Position numbers and translations under genes: made by a program
DNA from: an uncultured Verrucomicrobiales bacterium
Lineage (GTDB): Bacteria > Verrucomicrobiota > Verrucomicrobiia > Limisphaerales > Palsa-1400
Direction: 5' to 3'
Length of the DNA stretch: 46,911 bases
Assembly (NCBI GenBank): GCA_903898185.1
Contig: CAIUEN010000523.1
Coordinates: forward strand, 1-46,911
The notes under the pieces: model-generated
Databases searched by the model: none
Told to the model about the DNA's origin: nothing
Seen by the model: only the letters and a program-made list of their open reading frames with translations
Shown: piece after piece, positions 9,716 through 19,435 of the stretch
Layout of the letters: the number at the start of each line of letters is the position of its first letter
How positions within the stretch are numbered: the first letter of the stretch is position 1

Positions 9716-9834
9716 AACCGCAGAACACGCGGAAAAAGAACCCATTGCGAAGAATGTATTTCTAATCTGACGGATGGCATCTTCAAAACTTTATTCCACC
9801 TCTTCTTTTCGCGTGTTTCGCGTGTTCTGCGGTT
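9716..9834. repeat. Inverted repeat with 9-mer tandem unit
   Basis: aaccgcagaacacgcg ... ttcgcgtgtttcgcgtgttctgcggtt. Confidence 0.7.
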
Positions 9835-10122
9835 AACCCAACTGCGGTTTCCAAGCTGGAACAAATCAATTCACTGACTTGCGCCTGATACCCATCTGTG
9901 ACTTTCAAAATAAGCCTTTCACTTCTATTTGATATCATCTGCCTGCGCACGAAGTTTTCGATTCCCTTGCGGAGCCAGAGGCACCGCAACCGGCAGACCG
10001 GAGGTCTGCCCCACATAATGAGAACTGCTGTTTTTTGTCTATTCTTTTGTCTGGTGAATTGTGCGGAAAGTTTTAACATCGCGATTATTCTCGATTGCCT
10101 TTAGGCGCGAGCGGAAGTTTTT

Positions 10123-13100
10123 ATGACAATGCACAGCCAGAACGATCACCCCCAATTTGCCGTGGTGGTCAACGATAATCCCGCACAGCTTGATATGCTT
10201 GCCGGGAAGCTGCGCAAGGCGGGCATTGAACCCCATGTTTTCGCCGGGGCCGAGGCGGCCCTTGCCGCATTGGATGGCGAGCATCCACCCGCTCTCATCG
10301 TTACCGACCTCTACATGCCAGGGATTGATGGCTGGCGATTCTGCCGCTTGCTGCGTTCGCCCGAGTACGCCGCCTTTAATCAGATTCCAATCTTGGTGGT
10401 TTCGGCCACATTCTCTGGAGACGATGCCGCCCGCATCGCCACCGATCTGGGGGCGGAAGCATTCCTTCCCTCTCAGTTGGACGGGCAGCGTTTTTGCCAG
10501 CAGGTGCGGGCAGCTTTGAACCGTGAGCGGTTGCCGATACCGCCGCGCATCCTGATCGTGGACGACGACGACGCGCTCTGCGACTTGCTTAAGAAACTCT
10601 TCTCGATTAACGGCTACGAGGTCGAAACGGCGCTTACGTTGCGATCTGCCTCTGAAGCTTTCGGGAAAAACGTCTTCGATGTGGCGGTTTTGGACTACCA
10701 CCTGTCCGACGGCTTTGGCGACGTCCTGCTTGATGAGTTTCGCGCATTGCGACCGGACTGCGTTTGCCTGATGATCACGAGCGACACCGACACCAATCTG
10801 GCCGTCAAGTGGATGAGGAAAGGGGCCGCCGCATACTTGTGCAAACCCTTCCAAGCGGCGTATCTCATTGAGTTGTGCGCACGGGCGCGCCGGGAGCGGG
10901 CGCTGCTGCGAGTGCAGGACTTGCTCGAACTGCGCACCCGCGAACTGCGCCAGAGTGAGGCATTTGCTCGAAATGTGATTAATTCACTCTCTGCGCAAAT
11001 TGCGGTGCTTGACGAAAATGGAGTCATCGTGGCCGTCAATGAAGCCTGGAAGCGTTTTGCCATGGATAATGGCGGCAAATCCGATGATGTTCATATAGGA
11101 GTAAGTTATTTTTCGGTCTGTCAGACAGCCATTGACTCGCCGATGAGCGAACTTGCGTCAGTGGCGTTGCAGGGCATTCGCTCGGTCATGAATGGCGCTC
11201 AGTCGTCTTTCTCTTTGGAGTATCCATGCCATTCTGCCGCCGAGCAACGGTGGTTTTGCATGAATGTTCGACCTCTTGGAGAAAGACCGATGTGGGTGGT
11301 TGTCGCTCACGAGAACATCACCGAGCGCAAACGAGTTGAGATTGCGTTGCGCGAGAGTGAGGATGCCGCCTTGCGCAAGAACGCTCTGCTACGTTCGATC
11401 ATGGAAAGTCCATTGGACATTATTATTTTCGCTCTCGATACCCATTACCACTACACCATGTTTGCCCAAGCGCATAAGAGGGCGATGAAGGCGATCTGGG
11501 GCACTGATATCGAATTGGGTATGAACATGCTCAATGCAATTACCAACCCGATTGATCGCGAAAAGGCCCGGAAGAACTTCGATCGTGCTTTGCAGGGGGA
11601 ACATTTCATTTCGATCGAAGAATATGGGGACCCGGCGCTGTTCCGAACCGTCTTCAAAGATCGCTACAACCCCATTCTTGGCGATGGTGGCGTTGTGTCC
11701 GGACTGACCGTCTTCGTCAACGACATTACCGAGCGAAAGCGGGCGGAGCAGGAAACGAAAAATGCCCTGGCCTTGCTGGAAGCCTCAATTTCGCAGTCGC
11801 CTTCCGGAATTTTGATTGCCGATGCTCCTGACGTTACCATCCGTTGGGCCAATGCCGCTGCCTTAAGCATCCGGGGCGAAACCAACCAACCACTGACCGG
11901 GATCAAGGTTGCTCAACATACCGATCATTGGCAGACGTTTCGACCCGATGGCACGGTCTATCCGTCTGAGGACCTGCCCCTTTCTCGGGCCGTGCTCAAA
12001 GGCGAGATCACGCATAATGAAGAACTCATTATTCACAATGTCAAAGGCGAAGACCGCTGGGTGTCCGTAAATGCGGCGCCTATCTACAACCAGGACGGTG
12101 CCATCACCGCCGGTCTTGTCATCTTTCACGACATCACTGAGCACAAGCGCACCGAGGCGGAGAAGTCGAAACTTGAGGGGCAGCTTCACCAGGCCAAAAA
12201 GATGGAATTAGTGGGGCGGCTGGCTGGCGGCGTAGCTCACGATTTTAATAATATGATCCAAGTCATTATAGGCAATGCGGATCTGGCCTTGGACAGAATT
12301 TCGCCAGCCAGTCCGATTCGGGAATGCTTGGATGAAATCCAAAACAGCGCCCAGCGCGCGGCCGATATGACCCGGCAACTGTTGGGCTTTGCCCGCCAGC
12401 AGACCATCATGCCCAAGGTGCTGGATTTCAATGAGAGTGTGGAAGGTCTTCTCAAACTGATGCGCCGACTCATTGGCGAGAACATCGACCTGATCTGGAA
12501 GCCAGCGGCAGGCTTGGGGTTGGTCAAAGTGGACCCAACCCAAATCAATCAGATATTGACCAACCTCTGTGTCAATGCCCGGGACGCTATCGCTGGGGTG
12601 GGCGAGGTTATCATTGAGACGGAGGGCGCGGTGTTCGACCAAGCCGATTGTGCCGAGCACCCCGGGTTTATTCCAGGCGACTATGTAATGCTGGCCGTCA
12701 GCGACAACGGGTGCGGCATGGATAAGGAAACGCAGGCCCGCATTTTCGAGCCGTTCTTCACAACCAAAGGCGTGGGCAAGGGCACTGGCTTGGGGCTGGC
12801 TACGGTCTATGGCATTGTCAAGCAGAACAACGGGTTCATCACCGTTTACAGCGAGCCCAACATGGGCACGACCTTCAAGGTTTACCTGCCTCGGCACACG
12901 GGCCAGGCTGCCGCGTTCCGAACTGAAAGCGCTTCGCCACCGCCCAAGAGTTGTGGAGAGACGGTGCTGCTGGTGGAGGACGACTTGCCAATATTGTCCA
13001 GCACGCAGAGAATTCTCAATCGTTTGGGTTACACCGTGCTGACCGCGAGCACCCCAAGCGAGGCGATCCGGTTGGCGGAAGCGCACACTGGGGAGATTCA

Positions 13101-13320
13101 TCTGCTGATAACCGACGTGGTGATGCCCGATATGAATGGGTTGGATTTGTCCAAGCGGTTATTGTCTCGCAATCCCAAGCTCAAGTGCCTATTCATGAGC
13201 GGCCATACCGCTGACGTCATAGCCGATCACGGCGTGCTCAATGAAGGCGTGTGTTTCGTTCATAAACCGTTCACAACAAAAGACCTGGCGAGCAATATAC
13301 GAAAGACGCTGGATCAGTGA
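10123..13320 (+). CDS. Cytoplasmic hybrid sensor histidine kinase (REC-REC-PAS x3-HisKA-HATPase-REC)
   Basis: Receiver motifs IVTDLYMPGIDG, ILIVDDD..VLDYHL and LLVEDD..ITDVVMP; three PAS ends (ENITERK, DITERK, DITEHK); H-box AHDFNN; NARDA, DNGCGM, FEPFFTTK, GTGLGL. Confidence 0.92.
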   Translation: MTMHSQNDHPQFAVVVNDNPAQLDMLAGKLRKAGIEPHVFAGAEAALAALDGEHPPALIVTDLYMPGIDGWRFCRLLRSPEYAAFNQIPILVVSATFSGDDAARIATDLGAEAFLPSQLDGQRFCQQVRAALNRERLPIPPRILIVDDDDALCDLLKKLFSINGYEVETALTLRSASEAFGKNVFDVAVLDYHLSDGFGDVLLDEFRALRPDCVCLMITSDTDTNLAVKWMRKGAAAYLCKPFQAAYLIELCARARRERALLRVQDLLELRTRELRQSEAFARNVINSLSAQIAVLDENGVIVAVNEAWKRFAMDNGGKSDDVHIGVSYFSVCQTAIDSPMSELASVALQGIRSVMNGAQSSFSLEYPCHSAAEQRWFCMNVRPLGERPMWVVVAHENITERKRVEIALRESEDAALRKNALLRSIMESPLDIIIFALDTHYHYTMFAQAHKRAMKAIWGTDIELGMNMLNAITNPIDREKARKNFDRALQGEHFISIEEYGDPALFRTVFKDRYNPILGDGGVVSGLTVFVNDITERKRAEQETKNALALLEASISQSPSGILIADAPDVTIRWANAAALSIRGETNQPLTGIKVAQHTDHWQTFRPDGTVYPSEDLPLSRAVLKGEITHNEELIIHNVKGEDRWVSVNAAPIYNQDGAITAGLVIFHDITEHKRTEAEKSKLEGQLHQAKKMELVGRLAGGVAHDFNNMIQVIIGNADLALDRISPASPIRECLDEIQNSAQRAADMTRQLLGFARQQTIMPKVLDFNESVEGLLKLMRRLIGENIDLIWKPAAGLGLVKVDPTQINQILTNLCVNARDAIAGVGEVIIETEGAVFDQADCAEHPGFIPGDYVMLAVSDNGCGMDKETQARIFEPFFTTKGVGKGTGLGLATVYGIVKQNNGFITVYSEPNMGTTFKVYLPRHTGQAAAFRTESASPPPKSCGETVLLVEDDLPILSSTQRILNRLGYTVLTASTPSEAIRLAEAHTGEIHLLITDVVMPDMNGLDLSKRLLSRNPKLKCLFMSGHTADVIADHGVLNEGVCFVHKPFTTKDLASNIRKTLDQ

Positions 13321-14069
13321 GGACATCTAATGGAGCTATGGATTTGAAATCCGTGAAATCATTTTGTCTGGGAAGCTGCGTCATATTATTTCTTAGATTG
13401 ACAGTTGTCCTTTTCTTCGTGTTTGCGGCTCAGCCTCAGTCTTACGCCCAAGGGGCATCAACTGTCTTGAACGGGGTGATTCTCAAGCTCTTCGGAAAAC
13501 ACGATAATTTCGCTGTGGATTCCGAGTTTCAGCTCATGGACGAGAATCAAAAACTGGCGATCACCCTGACGCTGAGCATCGCAGTGGGCGAAGGCAAGAT
13601 GCGCGCCGACGCGAATATGGCCACAGCCAAAGGCCCCGCGATTTCGCCTGAGGATATTGCCCAAGCCAAGGCGGCGGGTCAGGATCGGGTGATCAGCATC
13701 CTGCGCCAGGACAAGGGGCGAATGTTCATTCTCTATCCCGCCCTTCGCAGTTATGAGGACGCAATCTTGCCCAAGGAACTTGCCAGCGTCAGCGGACTGG
13801 CCAGGATTCAAAAAACGCCTCTCGGAAAAGAGACTATCGACGGCCATCTCTGTATAAAAAACAAGGTTGTGCTCACGGATGACAAAGGGCGTAAACAGGA
13901 GATGATTGCGTGGGAAGCATCCGATTTGAAGGAGTTTCCGATCAAGGTCAAGCTGTCCGACGGCGGGCAGAACTGGATTGTCCACAATCGCAATATCCGT
14001 TTTGGGAAGATTGACGTGGTTCACTTTGATGTGCCGGCTGGATTTACAAGAATGGCACCTAAGAAATAA
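13317..14069 (+). CDS. Exported protein, DUF4412-like C-terminus
   Basis: Hydrophobic N-terminus; GKETIDGHLC..WEASDLKEFP..FDVPAGF pattern. Start uncertain (GTG 13317 or ATG 13338). Confidence 0.7.
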   Translation: MRTSNGAMDLKSVKSFCLGSCVILFLRLTVVLFFVFAAQPQSYAQGASTVLNGVILKLFGKHDNFAVDSEFQLMDENQKLAITLTLSIAVGEGKMRADANMATAKGPAISPEDIAQAKAAGQDRVISILRQDKGRMFILYPALRSYEDAILPKELASVSGLARIQKTPLGKETIDGHLCIKNKVVLTDDKGRKQEMIAWEASDLKEFPIKVKLSDGGQNWIVHNRNIRFGKIDVVHFDVPAGFTRMAPKK

Positions 14070-14075
14070 TATCAC

Positions 14076-14110
14076 AAAAAAAGGGCGGACGCCGTTGCGG
14101 CGTCCGCCCC
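14076..14110. terminator. Strong hairpin terminator, with the U-tract on the minus strand
   Basis: aaaaaaa-gggcggacgccg-ttg-cggcgtccgccc. Confidence 0.8.
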
Positions 14111-14195
14111 CCAACAACCAAACTAACCAACCCTTGTGCTCAGAAGCATGGTTGGAAATGTAAACCAAAAAACCAACCTATCCACTTCTGCCACA
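14076..14195 (-). ncRNA. Candidate small RNA (5' hairpin, GU-rich linker, terminator)
   Basis: The minus-strand terminator has no minus-strand CDS upstream; cagaag..ggttgg/ccaacc..cttctg hairpin; repeated TTGGTT. Confidence 0.4.
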
Positions 14196-14263
14196 TAAAT
14201 AATGACGCATATTATGGCGTTATGTTCAATCTTTTTTTAAGAATCTGTTCTTAGCTTAAAATT

Positions 14264-15640
14264 ATGCAAATTACCAACCTTAACCCAGACCCGGAAATTG
14301 GTGCCAGCGCGTGGTGCCTTGATATTGAGGATCATCGACTCCTTATGGATGCTGGCACCCATCCCAAGCGGGAAGGTCTCGCCAGCCTGCCCCTTTATAG
14401 AGCCATCGCGAAACAGGAATTGGATGCCATCGCCATCTCCCACTGCCACCACGACCACGTCGGCACTCTGCCGGTGGCTATGCGCCACTTTCCAAAAGCA
14501 CATGTTCTGATGACTGAGTTGAGCTATTTCCTCGTCGAGCGGGTTCTGCACAATTCCGTCAACGTGATGACCCGACAGCGCGACGAGCTGGGAATCAAGA
14601 AATACCCTCTATATACCCACGACGAGGTGGACGACATCGCCCCTTTGTTTCAGGGGTTTAAGTACAACCGTGAGGTCGAATGGGCTGCATTTAGCAAAAC
14701 GCGGGCTGGGTTCTTTTCGCCGACAGTCGAGTTTTACGACGCCGGCCACACCCTGGGTTCTGCTGGAATCATGGTGCGAGGTCAAAAACAGACGCTTTTT
14801 TATACCGGCGACGTCTGTTTTCACGATCAGACGATCCTACGCGGCGCCCGGTTCGACGATGTTCGTGCCGACGTTTTGATCATGGAGACGACGCGGGGTA
14901 ACCGGGCGGTTCCTCCCGGTTTTACACGCGAAGCGGAAATCTTAAGGCTGGCCGAAGCCATTCGGGAGGTCATCAAACGCAAAGGCTCGGTTTTGATTCC
15001 CTCGTTTGCATTGGGACGCACCCAAGAGATTCTTGCCCAGCTAGCTTTGATGATGAAAGCTGGCCAGCTTGATCCCCAACCAATCTACATTGGCGGTTTG
15101 GGGCGGGTCTTTACGGAAATCTACGACTTGGAGGCTCACCGCGCCAACCGCCAGCATAGCAACCTCAAGTTCTCGGAAGCCCTTACACTCTTGGTTCTTG
15201 AGAAAAATCAAGCTGACAAGATGAAACTGACTGGCGGTCGCATTTTTGTGGTCACCGCCGGGATGATAACCGAGCACACGCCCGCGCATCAGTTGGCCAT
15301 CCGAATGCTGGGCGATGAGCGGCATGCGATCTTTTTTGTCGGATACGCGGATTCGGGCACCCCTGGTGGCCGTCTCAAAGCCGCCAAGCCAGGGGAAACA
15401 TTTGTCTTAAGCCCCAGCGCCGGTGAGGTGACCGTTCGCTGTGATGTTCGCGACTATGACCTGACCGCCCATGCGAACCGCGATGACCTCCTCGATTTTG
15501 TTGGATCGGTGGGGCCGAAAACGGTGGTGCTGGGGCATGGAGAATCCGGTTCCTGCAAATGGTTTACGGAACAAATCGGGGCTCGTTACCCTCGCATCAA
15601 GATTCTCCAACCCGGTCCGGGTGAAACGGTCGAGGCTTAG
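14264..15640 (+). CDS. MBL-fold beta-CASP ribonuclease (YSH1/CPSF-like)
   Basis: SHCHHDH, AGHTLGS, YTGD, METT, FALGRTQE, FVGY, AHA, GHGE motifs. Confidence 0.88.
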   Translation: MQITNLNPDPEIGASAWCLDIEDHRLLMDAGTHPKREGLASLPLYRAIAKQELDAIAISHCHHDHVGTLPVAMRHFPKAHVLMTELSYFLVERVLHNSVNVMTRQRDELGIKKYPLYTHDEVDDIAPLFQGFKYNREVEWAAFSKTRAGFFSPTVEFYDAGHTLGSAGIMVRGQKQTLFYTGDVCFHDQTILRGARFDDVRADVLIMETTRGNRAVPPGFTREAEILRLAEAIREVIKRKGSVLIPSFALGRTQEILAQLALMMKAGQLDPQPIYIGGLGRVFTEIYDLEAHRANRQHSNLKFSEALTLLVLEKNQADKMKLTGGRIFVVTAGMITEHTPAHQLAIRMLGDERHAIFFVGYADSGTPGGRLKAAKPGETFVLSPSAGEVTVRCDVRDYDLTAHANRDDLLDFVGSVGPKTVVLGHGESGSCKWFTEQIGARYPRIKILQPGPGETVEA

Positions 15641-15663
15641 CGGAGAATGCGTTTGAATCGTTC

Positions 15664-17082
15664 TCAAATTCGACTGACCTGAACGATTCTCAGGTAATCG
15701 TTAATAGCCTTTGCCGTGTTCTTGCCATCGCCCATAGCCAGGATAACGGTCGCAGCGCCGCGAACGATGTCGCCGCCGGCAAAGACGCCGGGAATGCTGG
15801 TCATCCCTTTGTCGTCCACCATGATGTTGCCCCGCTTGTCCAACTTGAGGTCCGGGCAGGTGTGGGTCAGGAGTGGGTTGGCGCGGGAGCCCAAGGCGCT
15901 GATCACCATATCGCATTCGACGACGAATTCGGAACCCGGGATTGGCTCGGGTCTGCAGCGTCCCGATGCATCCGGTTCGCCCAGTTGCATTCGCAGGCAC
16001 TTCAAGCCGGTGACCCAGCGATTCTCGCTGCCGAGTATTTCCACCGGGAGCGATAGCAGTTCAAACTCGATTCCCTCCTGCTCGGCATGATGAACTTCTT
16101 CGGCACGGGCCGGCATTTCAGCCTTGCCGCGCCGGTAAACAATGGCCACCCGCTGAGCGCCCATGCGCTTGGCGGTGCGGGCGGCGTCCATGGCGACATT
16201 TCCGCCGCCGACCACGGCAGCCCGCGCCGGACGCAGAACCGGCGTCTGCGCGTCTGGATCATAAGCGGCCATCAGGTTTACTCGCGTAAGATATTCGTTG
16301 GCGGAATAGACACCTTTGAGGTTCTCGCCGGGGATATTCATGAAAGTTGGCAGGCCAGCGCCGTTGGCAATGAATACCGCGTCGAATCGTTCCTTCAATT
16401 CGGGAAGCGTGTAGGTGCGGCCCACGATGATATTACATTCGATCTTCACGCCCAAACGTTGGAGCCGCTCGATTTCCTGAGCGACAATGGCTTTTGGGAG
16501 GCGAAACTCGGGAATCCCGTAAACCAAAACTCCACCCGGCTGATGCAGCGCTTCGTAAACCGTAACCGCATGACCGAGTTTGGCTAATTCACCCGCTGCT
16601 GTGAGGCCAGCGGGGCCGGATCCAATGACGGCAATTTTTTTGCCGGTGGGAGCCGCCACTGACGTGGAAAGTTGATCTTCATGCCCGCGCGCCCAATCAG
16701 CGACGTATCGCTCAAGATAACCAATGGCGACAGGCAAGCCTTTGAATCCCCGCACGCACTCGCATTCGCACTGGGTCTCCTGTGGGCAGACGCGTCCGGT
16801 CACGGCGGGCAGGGCGTTGTCGCCGAGCAGGCTGAGCGCGGCGGCTGGCATATTGCCTTGCGCCACAAAGTCAATGAACTGGGAGATGTTGACATTGACA
16901 GGACAGCCGCTCATGCACTTGGGTTCTTTGCATTGCAGGCAGCGCTGAGCCTCCATGATGGCGACTTGTTCTGGAAGCCCCAGGTTGACTTCAGCGAAAT
17001 TAGCGTTGCGAATAGTCGCCAGTTGCTCAGGCATGGTTTGCCGGTTGATTTTTAGGCGCTCTTTGACGGTGATTTTGCTCAC
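15664..17082 (-). CDS. nfnB: NfnB/SudA-like large subunit (GltD-like) of NADH-dependent ferredoxin:NADP+ oxidoreductase
   Basis: RCLQCKEPKCMSGCPV, GRVCPQETQCE, GSGPAG, YGIPEFRLPK, GGGNVAMD, GGDIVRGAATV; adjacent to nfnA. Confidence 0.88.
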   Translation of the reverse strand: MSKITVKERLKINRQTMPEQLATIRNANFAEVNLGLPEQVAIMEAQRCLQCKEPKCMSGCPVNVNISQFIDFVAQGNMPAAALSLLGDNALPAVTGRVCPQETQCECECVRGFKGLPVAIGYLERYVADWARGHEDQLSTSVAAPTGKKIAVIGSGPAGLTAAGELAKLGHAVTVYEALHQPGGVLVYGIPEFRLPKAIVAQEIERLQRLGVKIECNIIVGRTYTLPELKERFDAVFIANGAGLPTFMNIPGENLKGVYSANEYLTRVNLMAAYDPDAQTPVLRPARAAVVGGGNVAMDAARTAKRMGAQRVAIVYRRGKAEMPARAEEVHHAEQEGIEFELLSLPVEILGSENRWVTGLKCLRMQLGEPDASGRCRPEPIPGSEFVVECDMVISALGSRANPLLTHTCPDLKLDKRGNIMVDDKGMTSIPGVFAGGDIVRGAATVILAMGDGKNTAKAINDYLRIVQVSRI

Positions 17083-17090
17083 GAGAAAAG

Positions 17091-17933
17091 TTAAATCTTG
17101 TTCAGGCCAACCCGGCAGGCGCCGGGCGCGCAGGCAGTTGCGGCCTGCTCCAGTTCGCGGTAGGTCGTCAACCTGTCACTCAACAGGTCAAAATCGACCA
17201 GGTGACCGTCAAACTCCGGCCCATCCACGCAGGCAAACTTGGTTTCGTTTCCCACGCCCACACGGCAACCGCCGCACATTCCGGTGCCATCGACCATCAC
17301 GGGATTAAGCGAGACGATGGTTCGCACGCCAAAAGGCCGCGTCAGATTGGCAATCGCCCGCATCATCGGCACAGGGCCGATGGCATAGACGATATCGACA
17401 CCTCCGGCGGCGAGCAATTCGCGTGTGGCCTCGGTGACGAAACCCTTGCGTCCGTAACTGCCGTCGTCGGTGCAAACAACCACTTCGCCCAGCAACCGCA
17501 ATTCGGGCTCCATGATGACCCATTCGCGGGAACGTCCACCGATGACACTGGTGACGCGCGCTCCCGCGCGGCGCAGCGCCTGCGCAATCGGATGAACGAC
17601 CGCCGTGCCAACCCCGCCACCGACGCAGACGGCGTGACCTGAAGAGATCAATTCGGTGGGATGCCCCAGCGGACCAGCCACGTCCTGAATGGCTTCGCCA
17701 GGTTCCATTGCGACCAATTCACGCGTGCTTCTGCCGACCGCCTGGATGATCAGCGTAATCGTGCCGCTGGCTGAATTGGAATCGGCAATGGTGAGAGGAA
17801 TCCGCTCGGAGCCCTCGCCACGGCGCACAATCACAAATTGTCCGGCCCGGCGAATTTCCGCCAACCGGGGAGCTTCGACGTCCAATCGAGTGACATTCGG
17901 ACTAAGTTGAGCTTTGGCTACGATTTTATGCAT
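17091..17933 (-). CDS. nfnA: NfnA/SudB-like small subunit (FNR-like FAD/NAD domain + 2Fe-2S)
   Basis: GQFVIV..ERIPLTI, GPLG, GGGVG, TDDGSYG, IGPVPMM, MVDGTGMCGGCR..CVDGPEFD. Start placed at ATG 17933. Confidence 0.9.
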   Translation of the reverse strand: MHKIVAKAQLSPNVTRLDVEAPRLAEIRRAGQFVIVRRGEGSERIPLTIADSNSASGTITLIIQAVGRSTRELVAMEPGEAIQDVAGPLGHPTELISSGHAVCVGGGVGTAVVHPIAQALRRAGARVTSVIGGRSREWVIMEPELRLLGEVVVCTDDGSYGRKGFVTEATRELLAAGGVDIVYAIGPVPMMRAIANLTRPFGVRTIVSLNPVMVDGTGMCGGCRVGVGNETKFACVDGPEFDGHLVDFDLLSDRLTTYRELEQAATACAPGACRVGLNKI

Positions 17934-18205
17934 TACTGGACCTTGCACGCGCGAACGATGGCGGTCGAATGATTGTGATGCCATTGGCCGATGCCTTCTT
18001 CGCAATGGTGGACCGCAAGACTCAGATGTCGAAAGATCAGGACATAGTTCATGCGCATGATTGTGATCAATCTGACTCAATCGTCAAGGAACTGTTGGTG
18101 TTGGCCAACGGCGGTCACTGAATTGTTGCATTTTGAGCACAGAATCATTAGGTTTTGCCACTCGCGATGGCGGACAACCTGCGCTCGCAATCAAAACTGA
18201 AAGAA

Positions 18206-19426
18206 ATGGCACTCATCGTCCAGAAATTTGGTGGAACTTCGGTCGCCAATCCCGACCGTATTAAGAACGTGGCGACGCGCGTGGCCAAATACCATGCCGC
18301 CGGCGACCAAGTGGTGGTAGTGGTCTCGGCCATGAGTGGCGTGACCGATGGCCTGATCAAGATGGCCAAAGAGATCATGCCTTTGCCAAATGAACGCGAA
18401 ATGGACATGCTTCTGGCTACCGGTGAGCAAACGACCATCGCGCTGATGGCGATCGCGTTGCACGCTTTGAAAGTGCCGGCCGTTTCGATGACCGGAGCGC
18501 AAGCAGGGATCGTCACAGATGGCGTCCATACCAAGGCCAAAATCCAGAATATCACTCCAAAGCAGGTCCGCTCTCTGCTCAATCAAGGGAATGTGGTTAT
18601 TGTCGCCGGATTTCAGGGGCAGACCCACGAGGGGCAGATTACAACGCTGGGACGCGGAGGTTCGGATTTGACCGGCATTGCGCTGGCGGCTGCGTTGAAA
18701 GCCGACTTGTGCCAGATTTATACCGATGTGGACGGCGTCTATACGGCCGATCCTCGCATTGTGCCCGGCGCGCAAAAGCTCAACGAAATCTCGTATGACG
18801 AGATGCTGGAGCTGGCCAGCCTGGGCGCTAAAGTAATGCAATCCCGCTCAGTGGAATTCGCCAAGAAATTTGGCGTCGTTTTCGAAGTCCGCTCCAGTTT
18901 GAATGACAACCCAGGAACGATTGTGAAAGAAGAAACTCGCAGCATGGAAGGCGTCGTGATTCGCGGCGTCTCGCTCGACAAAAACCAGGCCAAAATCACT
19001 TTGATCAGCGTGCCCGACCGTCCGGGCGTCGCCGCCGCCGTTTTCAAGGCGATTGCCGACGCCAACATTAACGTCGATATTATTGTCCAGAACGTCAGCC
19101 ATCAGACCGACGCTCCCTCGACCGATATCTCCTTCACGGTGGACAAGCCCGATTTGCTCAAGGCGAACAAGGTCATTGAGAGCCTCAAGGAGAGCATCGG
19201 CTATCGCGCGGTTACGACGAACGAGAAGATTGGCAAGGTATCAATTGTTGGCGTGGGCATGCGCAGCCATCCCGGCGTGGCGGCGAAGATGTTCGAGACG
19301 CTGGCCCGCGAATCGATCAACATCGACATGATTTCGACCAGTGAAATCAAGGTCTCGGTCGTCATCGACCTCGCCAAGGGCGAGCAGGCGATGCGCGCCG
19401 TTCACGAAGCGTTTCTTGGCAAATAA
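18206..19426 (+). CDS. lysC: Aspartate kinase with two ACT domains
   Basis: [43 protein letters not shown]; start ATG 18206. Confidence 0.95.
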   Translation: MALIVQKFGGTSVANPDRIKNVATRVAKYHAAGDQVVVVVSAMSGVTDGLIKMAKEIMPLPNEREMDMLLATGEQTTIALMAIALHALKVPAVSMTGAQAGIVTDGVHTKAKIQNITPKQVRSLLNQGNVVIVAGFQGQTHEGQITTLGRGGSDLTGIALAAALKADLCQIYTDVDGVYTADPRIVPGAQKLNEISYDEMLELASLGAKVMQSRSVEFAKKFGVVFEVRSSLNDNPGTIVKEETRSMEGVVIRGVSLDKNQAKITLISVPDRPGVAAAVFKAIADANINVDIIVQNVSHQTDAPSTDISFTVDKPDLLKANKVIESLKESIGYRAVTTNEKIGKVSIVGVGMRSHPGVAAKMFETLARESINIDMISTSEIKVSVVIDLAKGEQAMRAVHEAFLGK

Positions 19427-19435
19427 GGCCGCTCT

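Noticed and set aside
9062-10104. Several 68-227 aa ORFs in the hppA-kinase gap
   Set aside because: They translate repeat elements; the same peptide strings recur at 116-390 and 35103-35488
15664-17082. Annotation as glutamate synthase small subunit (gltD)
   Set aside because: There is no gltB neighbour, and pairing with an NfnA/SudB-type gene favours NfnB
18061-18080. Possible Rex/CRP-FNR site upstream of nfnA (ttgtgatcaatctgactcaa)
   Set aside because: Only one half-site matches. The same problem applies to ttgtgtactatttttgta near 35503.
18081-18205. Lysine riboswitch upstream of lysC
   Set aside because: The leader is too short after the likely promoter (TTGCAT-N17-TAGGTT, 18126-18154) and shows no L-box structure or terminator
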